Source of the DNA: Escherichia coli
Lineage (GTDB): Bacteria; Pseudomonadota; Gammaproteobacteria; Enterobacterales; Enterobacteriaceae
Assembly: GCF_044324785.1 (NCBI RefSeq)
Contig: NZ_CP172127.1
Length of the DNA: 64,000 nt
Strand: one strand, 5' to 3'
Shown: positions 10,620-25,215 of the stretch, piece by piece
How positions within the stretch are numbered: position 1 is the first letter of the stretch
Layout of the letters: the number at the start of each line of letters is the position of its first letter
The notes under the pieces: model-generated
The model's database searches: none
What the model was told of the DNA's origin: nothing
The model's input: only the letters and a program-made list of their open reading frames with translations
Program-made: the position numbers and the translations under genes

Positions 10620-11450
10620 TTAATGCAAGGTTTCTACCCAGGGATAAAAGTGACCGTTACGGCGGATGAATATCTGTGTTGTCAGAGGATGGTCATCCTC
10701 ACGGAAGCATTGTTCTGTTAACTGTCGTAATGCGCTGAGATTTGCTGGCTGATCATTGTGGGTGAAAAACAGTTTTCCTCTGGAGGGAACTGTCACTAAC
10801 AGGTCGCCGCATTCAGGATCGGGTGATTGCACCCAAAGATCGTCAATGAGCATCAGACTGGGCTCATAAGTACCCCCTGCGGAGATAACGGCAACTTTTC
10901 CATCGTTTGCGCCGGTATCAACGATTTCAGCCGTAACTTCCGGCAATATTTGCTTCAAATTACTGATGGCTTGTTCGCGGTCAATGGTCACTTCGCAGCG
11001 CATCAGATAGCGCATGGTTTCGCTACCGTCTTCAGCAAACAGGATAATTAACTCATCGTTAAAGTCTTCCCAGGCAAAATCAAGCGAGGCGTTGAGGACC
11101 TCTGGATCAGACTCATACTGGCTAAGCTGTTGGCGAACGGTATCCAGCCAGGCTTTTTCTTTAATCACCGGGACAATACAGCGCCCGGTCGGCAGCATTT
11201 CTGCAAGCTGTTTCAGCATATCTGCAGCCACTTCTTCCAGCGGGTCTGGTGCGGCTTGATAACGTTTGTAAGCATCATCAAGGGTGATTTCCACCGTTTG
11301 GTGACCCGTATCAATGCGCATCAATTTATGGTCAGTCGAAATCATGACTTTCCAGTTTGGATGATGTTGTACAACTTCCTGACCAAGGTGTTCGACGAAA
11401 GCTGTCAGGCTAACCGCTTTTCCCGTTAACCGATTGAATAATGATTTCAA
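10620..11450 (-). CDS. Hypothetical protein, 276 aa, unknown function
   Basis: Long uninterrupted ORF; TTG start with GAGAGGG ~8 nt upstream, 37 bp downstream of acuI in the same orientation; own terminator; acidic, no predicted membrane segment; I cannot assign a family by recall. Confidence 0.6.
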   Translation of the reverse strand: MKSLFNRLTGKAVSLTAFVEHLGQEVVQHHPNWKVMISTDHKLMRIDTGHQTVEITLDDAYKRYQAAPDPLEEVAADMLKQLAEMLPTGRCIVPVIKEKAWLDTVRQQLSQYESDPEVLNASLDFAWEDFNDELIILFAEDGSETMRYLMRCEVTIDREQAISNLKQILPEVTAEIVDTGANDGKVAVISAGGTYEPSLMLIDDLWVQSPDPECGDLLVTVPSRGKLFFTHNDQPANLSALRQLTEQCFREDDHPLTTQIFIRRNGHFYPWVETLH

Positions 11451-11486
11451 AATGAGTTCCCTCTCTTATTAATCCTTGCTAAATGG

Positions 11487-12461
11487 TTAGTTAACCTTCA
11501 CCAGCGTGCGACCCTGGATCTGGTTATTAATGATGGCCTCGGCAAATTTCGGTGCCTCTGCCAGAGATATTTCTTTTGCCGCCTGGGTATAGAATGATTC
11601 CGGTAAATCGGCGACCAGTCGCTGCCAGGCTTGTGCGCGGCGTGCTGGTGGCGTCATCACTGAATCCACCCCCTGTAAACGGACATTACGCAGAATAAAT
11701 GGCATGACCGTGGTTGGCAGAGTAAAACCACCCGCCAGACCACAGGCCGCCACGCAGCCGCCGTAATTCATTTGCGCCAGCACTTTTGCCAGCACTTTGT
11801 CGCCAACGGTGTCAATTGCCCCAGCCCAGAGTTGTTTTTCCAGAGGACGGGATTCGGCAAACTCATCGCGAGGGAGAATACGGCTGGCACCTAAACTTTT
11901 CAGATATTCATGGGTACTTTCGCGACCGGAAACGGCAACGACCTGATAACCCAATTTATGCAGCAGCGCCACGGCGGTACTGCCGACGCCACCACTGGCA
12001 CCCGTTACGACAATCTCGCCGTCCTGCGGGCGAACACCGGCATCTTCCAGCGCCATCACACACAGCATGGCGGTAAAACCGGCAGTACCGATAATCATTG
12101 CTTTACGCGCGTCCAGCCCTTGCGGCATGGCAACCAGCCAGTCACCTTTCACTCGCGCCTGCTCCGCCAGCCCACCCCAGTGGTTTTCACCAACGCCCCA
12201 GCCAGTGAGTAATACCTCCTGACCGGCATGAAAACGCGGATCTTCGCTGGTGCGTACAGTTCCGGCAAAATCGATCCCAGGAATCATCGGAAAATTACGG
12301 ATGATTTTTCCCTTACCGGTAATTGCCAGCGCATCTTTGTAGTTCAGGCTCGACCAGTGAACATCAACCGTGACATCGCCCTCCGGCAGGCGACTTTCGT
12401 CCAGAGTCTGTACCGATGCGAGAGTTTTGCCGTCCTGCTGTTCTAAAAGTAACGCCTGCAT
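11487..12461 (-). CDS. acuI: Acrylyl-CoA reductase (zinc-type alcohol dehydrogenase family)
   Basis: 324-aa ORF recognised as E. coli YhdH/AcuI; divergent from csrD. Confidence 0.9.
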   Translation of the reverse strand: MQALLLEQQDGKTLASVQTLDESRLPEGDVTVDVHWSSLNYKDALAITGKGKIIRNFPMIPGIDFAGTVRTSEDPRFHAGQEVLLTGWGVGENHWGGLAEQARVKGDWLVAMPQGLDARKAMIIGTAGFTAMLCVMALEDAGVRPQDGEIVVTGASGGVGSTAVALLHKLGYQVVAVSGRESTHEYLKSLGASRILPRDEFAESRPLEKQLWAGAIDTVGDKVLAKVLAQMNYGGCVAACGLAGGFTLPTTVMPFILRNVRLQGVDSVMTPPARRAQAWQRLVADLPESFYTQAAKEISLAEAPKFAEAIINNQIQGRTLVKVN

Positions 12462-12612
12462 AAGTGGTCCTCATGTGCATGATGGATTGGAAAATAATTT
12501 CTGAAGACTATACTCGCTAATGGAAAAGCAAAGCCGATGAAGCGCAATAAATTGCGAGATAAATCTGATTTGCTAGTATGCCCGCTTCCTCACTATCGGA
12601 GTTAACACAAGG

Positions 12613-14553
12613 ATGAGATTAACGACGAAATTTTCGGCCTTTGTTACGCTGCTCACCGGGTTAACAATTTTTGTGACTTTGTTGGGCTGTTCGCTAAGTT
12701 TCTACAACGCCATTCAGTATAAGTTTAGTCATCGCGTTCAGGCGGTGGCGACGGCGATTGATACCCACCTTGTGTCGAATGACTTCAGCGCATTAAGGCC
12801 ACAAATTACCGAATTAATGATGTCAGCAGATATCGTTCGTGTAGACCTGCTGCATGGTGATAAACAGGTTTATACCCTCGCCAGAAATGGTAGTTATCGT
12901 CCGGTTGGCACCAGCGATCTGTTTCGCGAACTGAGCGTTCCGTTGATAAAGCATCCGGGGATGTCGCTGCGTCTGGTTTATCAGGATCCGATGGGCAACT
13001 ATTTCCATTCGTTGATGACCACCGCGCCGCTCACGGGGGCGATTGGCTTTATCATTCTTATGCTCTTCCTGGCGGTACGCTGGTTACAACGGCAACTTGC
13101 CGGGCAAGAATTGCTGGAAACCCGGGCTACTCGTATCTTAAACGGTGAGCGTGGCTCTAATGTGTTGGGAACCATCTATGAATGGCCGCCCAGAACCAGC
13201 AGTGCGCTGGATACGCTGCTTCGTGAAATTCAGAACGCACGCGAACAACACAGCCGTCTTGATACGCTGATCCGCTCTTATGCCGCCCAGGACATGAAAA
13301 CCGGCCTCAATAACCGACTCTTCTTCGATAATCAGTTAGCAACGTTACTGGAAGATCAGGAGAAAGTAGGTACCCACGGGATCGTGATGATGATTCGTCT
13401 ACCGGATTTCAATATGTTGAGCGATACCTGGGGGCACAGCCAGGTAGAAGAACAGTTCTTCACTCTGACGAATCTGCTGTCGACATTTATGATGCGCTAC
13501 CCTGGCGCACTGCTGGCGCGTTACCACCGCAGTGATTTTGCTGCGCTGTTGCCCCACCGGACGTTAAAAGAGGCTGAGAGCATAGCCAGTCAGTTAATCA
13601 AAGCCGTCGATACCTTGCCGAACAATAAAATGCTCGATCGCGACGATATGATCCACATTGGTATCTGTGCCTGGCGTAGTGGTCAGGATACCGAGCAGGT
13701 AATGGAACATGCAGAGTCTGCCACGCGTAATGCGGGATTGCAGGGCGGCAATAGCTGGGCTATTTACGATGACTCGTTGCCTGAAAAAGGACGCGGTAAT
13801 GTTCGCTGGCGTACGCTTATCGAGCAAATGCTGAGTCGCGGCGGCCCGCGCCTTTATCAAAAACCGGCGGTTACTCGCGAAGGTCAGGTTCATCATCGCG
13901 AACTCATGTGCCGCATCTTCGATGGTAACGAAGAGGTTAGCTCGGCGGAGTATATGCCGATGGTCTTGCAGTTTGGCTTATCGGAAGAGTATGACCGCCT
14001 GCAAATCAGCCGTCTGATTCCACTATTGCGTTACTGGCCGGAGGAAAATCTGGCGATTCAGGTTACCGTTGAGTCGCTGATTCGCCCGCGTTTTCAGCGT
14101 TGGCTGCGAGATACGTTAATGCAATGTGAAAGATCGCAACGAAAACGCATAATTATTGAACTTGCAGAGGCCGATGTAGGTCAACATATCAGTCGTTTAC
14201 AACCTGTTATTCGTTTAGTGAATGCTTTAGGGGTACGGGTAGCCGTCAACCAGGCTGGTTTGACGCTGGTAAGCACCAGTTGGATCAAAGAACTTAATGT
14301 TGAGTTACTCAAGCTCCATCCGGGGCTGGTCAGAAACATTGAGAAGCGAACGGAGAACCAGCTGCTGGTTCAAAGCCTGGTGGAAGCCTGCTCCGGGACC
14401 AGCACCCAGGTTTACGCCACCGGCGTGCGTTCGCGAAGCGAGTGGCAGACCCTGATTCAGCGCGGTGTTACAGGTGGGCAAGGGGATTTTTTCGCGTCCT
14501 CACAGCCACTTGATACTAACGTGAAAAAATATTCACAAAGATACTCGGTTTAA
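12613..14553 (+). CDS. csrD: RNase E specificity factor with degenerate GGDEF/EAL domains
   Basis: 646-aa ORF with N-terminal membrane segments; recognised as CsrD (YhdA). Confidence 0.9.
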   Translation: MRLTTKFSAFVTLLTGLTIFVTLLGCSLSFYNAIQYKFSHRVQAVATAIDTHLVSNDFSALRPQITELMMSADIVRVDLLHGDKQVYTLARNGSYRPVGTSDLFRELSVPLIKHPGMSLRLVYQDPMGNYFHSLMTTAPLTGAIGFIILMLFLAVRWLQRQLAGQELLETRATRILNGERGSNVLGTIYEWPPRTSSALDTLLREIQNAREQHSRLDTLIRSYAAQDMKTGLNNRLFFDNQLATLLEDQEKVGTHGIVMMIRLPDFNMLSDTWGHSQVEEQFFTLTNLLSTFMMRYPGALLARYHRSDFAALLPHRTLKEAESIASQLIKAVDTLPNNKMLDRDDMIHIGICAWRSGQDTEQVMEHAESATRNAGLQGGNSWAIYDDSLPEKGRGNVRWRTLIEQMLSRGGPRLYQKPAVTREGQVHHRELMCRIFDGNEEVSSAEYMPMVLQFGLSEEYDRLQISRLIPLLRYWPEENLAIQVTVESLIRPRFQRWLRDTLMQCERSQRKRIIIELAEADVGQHISRLQPVIRLVNALGVRVAVNQAGLTLVSTSWIKELNVELLKLHPGLVRNIEKRTENQLLVQSLVEACSGTSTQVYATGVRSRSEWQTLIQRGVTGGQGDFFASSQPLDTNVKKYSQRYSV

Positions 14554-14731
14554 CCTGCCGTTTAATCCGTTTTCACGTAGAATAACGCGCGCTGCGTCTC
14601 ATGGGAGTGTGCTTGTCTGCTCGCCAGATTGTTGCAGCACATATGCAGATGAATGACCTTACGCGGTTGCAAACAGGCGAGGAATGCTGCTGATGCATTA
14701 AGCCTTTCTGGACTCAGGCAGAGATTTGTAA

Positions 14732-15901
<1,170 letters not shown>

Positions 15902-15966
15902 TCGGATGCAGGCAGGGGAAGCGTCTGTTTACCCTGCCTGGTCTGATACGAGAATACGCATAACTT

Positions 15967-17558
<1,592 letters not shown>

Positions 17559-17566
17559 AGGTTTCT

Positions 17567-18160
17567 ATGACTTCTCTGTATTTAGCTTCCGGTTCTCCGC
17601 GTCGTCAGGAGTTACTTGCGCAACTTGGCGTGATCTTTGAACGTATTGTTACGGGCATTGAGGAGCAGCGTCAGCCGCAGGAGAGCGCGCAGCAATATGT
17701 TGTGCGTCTGGCGCGCGAGAAAGCACAGGCGGGTGTCACGCACACGGCGCAGGATCTCCCGGTGCTGGGTGCGGATACTATCGTTATCCTGAATGGAGAA
17801 GTGCTGGAGAAACCGCGCGACGCAGAGCATGCGGCGCAGATGTTGCGCAAATTATCGGGGCAGACCCATCAGGTGATGACGGCAGTGGCGTTGGCCGACA
17901 GCCAGCACATTCTCGATTGCCTGGTGGTCACCGATGTGACTTTCAGAACGTTAACAGACGAAGACATCGCGGGCTATGTCGCCAGCGGTGAACCGTTAGA
18001 TAAAGCAGGTGCATACGGTATTCAGGGGCTGGGTGGCTGTTTTGTCAGGAAGATAAATGGCAGCTATCACGCCGTAGTCGGCTTACCGCTGGTTGAAACG
18101 TATGAATTATTAAGTAATTTTAACGCACTGCGTGAGAAAAGGGATAAACATGACGGCTGA
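17567..18160 (+). CDS. yhdE: Maf-like nucleoside triphosphate pyrophosphatase
   Basis: 197-aa ORF with [13 protein letters not shown]-terminus; 3' end overlaps the rng start. Confidence 0.9.
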   Translation: MTSLYLASGSPRRQELLAQLGVIFERIVTGIEEQRQPQESAQQYVVRLAREKAQAGVTHTAQDLPVLGADTIVILNGEVLEKPRDAEHAAQMLRKLSGQTHQVMTAVALADSQHILDCLVVTDVTFRTLTDEDIAGYVASGEPLDKAGAYGIQGLGGCFVRKINGSYHAVVGLPLVETYELLSNFNALREKRDKHDG

Positions 18161-19619
18161 ATTGTTAGTAAACGTAACGCCTTCGGAAACGCGAGTGGCG
18201 TATATTGATGGCGGTATTCTGCAGGAAATTCATATTGAACGTGAGGCGCGACGCGGAATAGTAGGCAATATCTACAAGGGTCGTGTAAGTCGTGTACTTC
18301 CGGGTATGCAGGCGGCTTTTGTAGATATTGGGCTGGATAAAGCCGCGTTTCTTCATGCATCTGACATCATGCCGCACACCGAATGTGTGGCGGGTGAAGA
18401 ACAAAAGCAATTCACGGTGCGCGACATCTCGGAGCTGGTCCGTCAGGGGCAAGATCTGATGGTGCAGGTGGTGAAAGATCCGCTTGGCACTAAGGGTGCG
18501 CGCCTGACCACCGATATCACGCTGCCTTCTCGCTATCTGGTATTTATGCCAGGGGCTTCTCACGTTGGGGTTTCCCAACGAATTGAAAGCGAATCAGAAC
18601 GTGAACGCCTGAAAAAAGTGGTCGCAGAGTATTGCGACGAGCAGGGCGGGTTTATCATCCGTACCGCAGCGGAAGGGGTTGGCGAGGCTGAACTGGCCTC
18701 CGATGCCGCTTATCTGAAACGCGTCTGGACCAAAGTTATGGAGCGTAAAAAGCGCCCACAGACCCGTTATCAGCTGTACGGCGAACTGGCGCTGGCGCAG
18801 CGTGTTCTGCGTGATTTCGCCGACGCCGAACTCGACCGCATTCGCGTTGACTCACGCCTGACTTACGAAGCATTGCTGGAGTTTACCTCGGAGTACATTC
18901 CCGAGATGACCAGCAAGCTGGAGCATTACACCGGACGCCAGCCGATTTTCGATCTCTTTGATGTCGAAAACGAAATCCAGCGGGCGCTGGAACGCAAAGT
19001 AGAACTGAAATCCGGTGGCTATCTGATTATCGACCAGACCGAGGCGATGACCACCGTGGACATCAATACCGGGGCGTTTGTCGGTCATCGCAATCTGGAC
19101 GACACCATTTTCAATACCAATATTGAAGCGACGCAGGCTATCGCTCGCCAGTTACGGTTGCGTAATCTGGGCGGGATTATCATTATTGATTTCATCGATA
19201 TGAATAATGAAGATCACCGCCGCCGCGTGCTGCACTCGCTGGAGCAGGCGTTGAGCAAAGACCGGGTGAAAACCAGCGTTAATGGTTTTTCGGCGCTGGG
19301 GCTGGTGGAGATGACGCGTAAACGCACCCGCGAAAGCATTGAGCACGTACTGTGTAACGAATGCCCAACCTGCCACGGTCGCGGAACGGTGAAAACCGTG
19401 GAAACGGTATGCTATGAAATCATGCGCGAGATTGTTCGTGTCCACCATGCTTACGACTCCGACCGTTTCCTGGTCTATGCTTCTCCGGCAGTAGCCGAAG
19501 CCTTGAAAGGCGAAGAGTCACACTCGCTGGCGGAAGTGGAAATTTTCGTTGGCAAACAGGTTAAAGTACAAATTGAACCGCTCTATAACCAGGAGCAGTT
19601 TGACGTCGTAATGATGTAA
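18150..19619 (+). CDS. rng: Ribonuclease G
   Basis: 489-aa protein from MTAELLVNV; S1 domain and RNase E/G catalytic core. Confidence 0.95.
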
Positions 19620-19686
19620 ACAGATGCTGGGCCGCCATCCGGCAAAGGGTTTTTGAGTCACATTTTTAGCAGACAAGGAGTGACGG

Positions 19687-22600
19687 GTGAGGCGATTGCC
19701 GGGGATTTTACTGCTTACTGGAGCTGCGTTCGTTGTGATCGCTGCCCTGCTGGTTAGCGGCCTGCGTATTGCTTTACCGCATCTTGACGCCTGGCGTCCG
19801 GAAATCCTCAACAAAATAGAATCCGCGACTGGCATGCCAGTAGAAGCCAGTCAGCTCTCAGCCAGCTGGCAGAATTTTGGTCCGACGCTTGAAGCGCACG
19901 ACATCCGTGCAGAACTAAAAGATGGCGGCGAATTTTCGGTTAAACGCGTTACTCTGGCGCTGGATGTCTGGCAGAGCCTGTTACATATGCGCTGGCAGTT
20001 TCGCGACCTCACTTTCTGGCAGCTGCGCTTTCGCACCAACACTCCTATCACCAGCGGCGGTGGTAATGATAGCCTGGAAGCCAGTCACATCAGCGATCTG
20101 TTTCTTCGTCAATTTGACCATTTCGATCTCCGCGACAGTGAAGTCAGTTTCCTGACGCCATCCGGTCAGCGCGCCGAGCTGGCGATCCCACAGCTCACCT
20201 GGCTGAACGATCCACGTCGACACCGTGCGGAAGGCCTGGTAAGCCTCTCCAGCCTTACCGGACAGCACGGCGTGATGCAGGTGCGTATGGATTTGCGCGA
20301 TGATGAGGGGTTGTTAAGCAATGGTCGCGTCTGGCTCCAGGCGGATGACATCGACCTGAAGCCGTGGCTCGGTAAATGGATGCAGGACAATATTGCGCTG
20401 GAAACGGCACAGTTCTCCCTTGAAGGCTGGATGACGATCGACAAAGGCGATGTAACCGGCGGTGACGTCTGGCTGAAACAGGGCGGTGCCAGCTGGTTGG
20501 GCGAGAAGCAAACGCATACGCTGTCGGTGGATAATCTGACCGCGCATATTACGCGTGAAAATCCGGGCTGGCAGTTCTCTATTCCCGACACACGGATCAC
20601 GATGGACGGCAAACCCTGGCCGAGCGGAGCATTGACGCTGGCCTGGATACCGGAACAGGACGTTGGCGGCAAAGACAATAAACGCAGTGACGAACTCCGG
20701 ATTCGCGCCAGTAATCTGGAGCTGGCAGGCCTGGAGGGCATACGCCCGCTGGCCGCGAAACTTTCACCTGCACTGGGTGATGTTTGGCGCTCCACACAAC
20801 CGAGCGGCAAGATTAACACTCTGGCGCTGGATATCCCGCTTCAGGCGGCAGACAAGACCCGTTTTCAGGCATCGTGGAGCGATCTGGCCTGGAAGCAATG
20901 GAAATTATTACCGGGTGCGGAACACTTCTCCGGGACGCTTTCCGGCAGCGTAGAAAATGGTTTGCTTACCGCGTCGATGAAGCAGGCAAAGATGCCTTAC
21001 GAAACGGTATTCCGTGCGCCACTGGAAATCGCCGACGGCCAGGCAACGATAAGCTGGCTGAACAATGACAAAGGTTTCCAGCTGGATGGGCGTAATATTG
21101 ACGTTAAAGCCAAAGCCGTCCATGCGCGCGGCGGTTTTCGTTACCTGCAACCAGCTAACGATGAACCCTGGCTGGGGATTCTGGCTGGCATCAGTACCGA
21201 CGATGGTTCACAAGCCTGGCGCTATTTCCCGGAAAACTTGATGGGTAAAGACCTGGTTGATTACTTAAGCGGCGCGATTCAGGGCGGTGAAGCGGATAAT
21301 GCGACGCTGGTTTATGGTGGCAATCCGCAACTCTTCCCCTATAAACACAATGAAGGTCAGTTTGAAGTGCTGGTGCCGCTGCGCAACGCGAAGTTTGCCT
21401 TCCAGCCGGACTGGCCTGCATTAACTAACCTTGATATTGAACTGGACTTTATCAACGACGGTTTATGGATGAAAACCGATGGCGTTAATCTGGGCGGCGT
21501 GCGCGCGAGTAATCTCACCGCAGTGATCCCTGACTACTCAAAAGAAAAACTGCTGATTGACGCTGACATTAAAGGCCCGGGTAAAGCCGTTGGCCCTTAC
21601 TTTGATGAGACACCGCTGAAAGATTCTCTGGGTGCGACCCTGCAAGAACTCCAGCTCGACGGCGATGTGAATGCTCGCTTACATCTTGATATCCCGCTGA
21701 ACGGCGAACTGGTAACCGCGAAAGGTGAAGTGACGCTGCGTAATAACAGTCTGTTTATCAAACCACTCGACAGCACCCTGAAAAATTTGAGCGGTAAATT
21801 CAGCTTTATCAATGGCGATCTGCAAAGTGAACCACTGACAGCAAGCTGGTTTAATCAGCCGTTGAACGTGGATTTTTCCACCAAAGAAGGGGCAAAAGCC
21901 TACCAGGTTGCGGTGAATCTCAACGGTAACTGGCAACCAGCGAAAACCGGCGTTTTGCCTGAAGCGGTGAACGAAGCATTAAGTGGCAGCGTGGCGTGGG
22001 ATGGTAAAGTGGGCATTGAGTTGCCTTATCATGCTGGCGCGACCTATAACGTAGAGCTGAACGGCGATCTGAAGAATGTGAGCAGTCACTTACCTTCACC
22101 GTTAGCCAAACCTGCTGGTGAACCAATAGCGGTAAACGTTAAGGTTGATGGCAATCTCAACAGCTTTGAATTAACCGGACAGGCAGGTGCGGATAACCAT
22201 TTCAATAGCCGCTGGTTGCTCGGTCAAAAGCTGACGCTCGATCGTGCTATTTGGGCGGCAGACAGTAAAACGCTCCCGCCGTTGCCGGAACAAAGTGGCG
22301 TTGAACTCAATATGCCGCCGATGAATGGTGCCGAGTGGCTGGCCCTGTTCCAGAAAGGCGCTGCGGAGAGGGTCGGTGGTGCAGCGAGTTTCCCACAACA
22401 CATAACGTTACGTACGCCTGTGTTGTCGCTGGGAAATCAGCAATGGAATAACCTGAGTATTGTTTCGCAACCGATGGCAAATGGCACCCAGGTTGAGGCG
22501 CAAGGGCGTGAAATCAACGCCACGCTGGCGATGCGTAATAACGCGCCGTGGCTGGCGAATATCAAATATCTTTATTACAACCCGAGCGTGGCGAAAACTC

Positions 22601-23487
22601 GTGGTGATTCAACGCCGTCATCACCTTTCCCGACAACGGAGCGCATTAACTTCCGTGGCTGGCCGGACGCCCAAATACGATGCGCAGAGTGCTGGTTCTG
22701 GGGGCAAAAATTCGGTCGTATTGACAGTGATATCACCATTTCTGGCAATACATTAACGCTGACTAATGGACTGATTGATACTGGTTTTTCGCGGCTCACT
22801 GCCGATGGTGAATGGGTTAACAATCCGGGAAATGAACGCACCTCGCTGAAAGGAAAACTGCGTGGGCAGAAAATTGATGCCGCCGCAGAATTTTTTGGTG
22901 TCACGACGCCCATACGCCAGTCGTCATTTAATGTGGATTACGATTTACACTGGCGCAAAGCACCCTGGCAACCGGATGAGGCGACGTTGAATGGCATCAT
23001 TCATACTCAACTGGGCAAAGGCGAAATTACCGAAATCAATACCGGACATGCCGGGCAATTGCTGCGCTTATTGAGCGTTGATGCCCTGATGCGTAAGCTG
23101 CGTTTTGATTTCAGAGACACCTTTGGTGAAGGGTTCTATTTTGACTCCATTCGCAGCACCGCGTGGATTAAAGACGGCGTTATGCACACCGACGACACGC
23201 TGGTGGATGGCCTGGAAGCGGACATTGCCATGAAAGGGTCGGTAAATCTGGTGCGTCGCGACCTGAATATGGAAGCGGTTGTCGCACCAGAGATTTCTGC
23301 GACGGTGGGTGTGGCTGCGGCTTTTGCGGTTAACCCTATTGTTGGAGCGGCAGTATTTGCAGCCAGTAAAGTGCTGGGGCCGCTGTGGAGCAAAGTCTCC
23401 ATTTTGCGCTATCACATTTCGGGTCCGCTGGACGATCCGCAAATCAACGAAGTGTTGCGCCAACCGCGTAAAGAAAAAGCGCAATGA
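19687..23487 (+). CDS. yhdP: AsmA-family large envelope protein (phospholipid transport)
   Basis: 1266-aa ORF, GTG start, N-terminal membrane anchor. Confidence 0.9.
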   Translation: MRRLPGILLLTGAAFVVIAALLVSGLRIALPHLDAWRPEILNKIESATGMPVEASQLSASWQNFGPTLEAHDIRAELKDGGEFSVKRVTLALDVWQSLLHMRWQFRDLTFWQLRFRTNTPITSGGGNDSLEASHISDLFLRQFDHFDLRDSEVSFLTPSGQRAELAIPQLTWLNDPRRHRAEGLVSLSSLTGQHGVMQVRMDLRDDEGLLSNGRVWLQADDIDLKPWLGKWMQDNIALETAQFSLEGWMTIDKGDVTGGDVWLKQGGASWLGEKQTHTLSVDNLTAHITRENPGWQFSIPDTRITMDGKPWPSGALTLAWIPEQDVGGKDNKRSDELRIRASNLELAGLEGIRPLAAKLSPALGDVWRSTQPSGKINTLALDIPLQAADKTRFQASWSDLAWKQWKLLPGAEHFSGTLSGSVENGLLTASMKQAKMPYETVFRAPLEIADGQATISWLNNDKGFQLDGRNIDVKAKAVHARGGFRYLQPANDEPWLGILAGISTDDGSQAWRYFPENLMGKDLVDYLSGAIQGGEADNATLVYGGNPQLFPYKHNEGQFEVLVPLRNAKFAFQPDWPALTNLDIELDFINDGLWMKTDGVNLGGVRASNLTAVIPDYSKEKLLIDADIKGPGKAVGPYFDETPLKDSLGATLQELQLDGDVNARLHLDIPLNGELVTAKGEVTLRNNSLFIKPLDSTLKNLSGKFSFINGDLQSEPLTASWFNQPLNVDFSTKEGAKAYQVAVNLNGNWQPAKTGVLPEAVNEALSGSVAWDGKVGIELPYHAGATYNVELNGDLKNVSSHLPSPLAKPAGEPIAVNVKVDGNLNSFELTGQAGADNHFNSRWLLGQKLTLDRAIWAADSKTLPPLPEQSGVELNMPPMNGAEWLALFQKGAAERVGGAASFPQHITLRTPVLSLGNQQWNNLSIVSQPMANGTQVEAQGREINATLAMRNNAPWLANIKYLYYNPSVAKTRGDSTPSSPFPTTERINFRGWPDAQIRCAECWFWGQKFGRIDSDITISGNTLTLTNGLIDTGFSRLTADGEWVNNPGNERTSLKGKLRGQKIDAAAEFFGVTTPIRQSSFNVDYDLHWRKAPWQPDEATLNGIIHTQLGKGEITEINTGHAGQLLRLLSVDALMRKLRFDFRDTFGEGFYFDSIRSTAWIKDGVMHTDDTLVDGLEADIAMKGSVNLVRRDLNMEAVVAPEISATVGVAAAFAVNPIVGAAVFAASKVLGPLWSKVSILRYHISGPLDDPQINEVLRQPRKEKAQ

Positions 23488-23561
23488 TTTGACGAGGGCG
23501 CGTAATTGCCCCAATCTCATAGGATAATCGTTGCCAAAGGCCAACGAGCCGGAACATAACC

Positions 23562-23597
23562 GTAGGCCGGATAGGGCGTTCACGCCGCATCCGGCAG
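23562..23597. repeat. REP (repetitive extragenic palindromic) element
   Basis: GTAGGCCGGATAGGGCGTTCACGCCGCATCCGGCAG between yhdP and tldD matches the enterobacterial REP consensus. Confidence 0.65.
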
Positions 23598-23627
23598 CCG
23601 TATAAAATCCTCTACTGCAGTAACTAA

Positions 23628-25088
<1,461 letters not shown>

Positions 25089-25137
25089 TAATTTCAGTAT
25101 TTTCAGAAGGATAATTAATCTTTCTACGTGCACGAAC

Positions 25138-25176
25138 GGTCCCCTCGCTCCTCTGGGGTTAGGGTGAGGGGAACCC
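25138..25176. repeat. GC-rich imperfect palindrome (CCCCTCGCTC...GGGTGAGGGGA), copy 1
   Basis: Read directly in the tldD-aaeR convergent intergenic region; near-identical arms recur at 42991-43020. Confidence 0.35.
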
Positions 25177-25215
25177 GTTGGCACAGGTTTGTACAACGTA
25201 ACAGTACAATATGAA

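Noticed and set aside
19620-19686. Possible terminator or REP-like sequence after rng (GCCGCCATCCGGC)
   Set aside because: Only a 4-bp stem and no full REP consensus; too weak to call.
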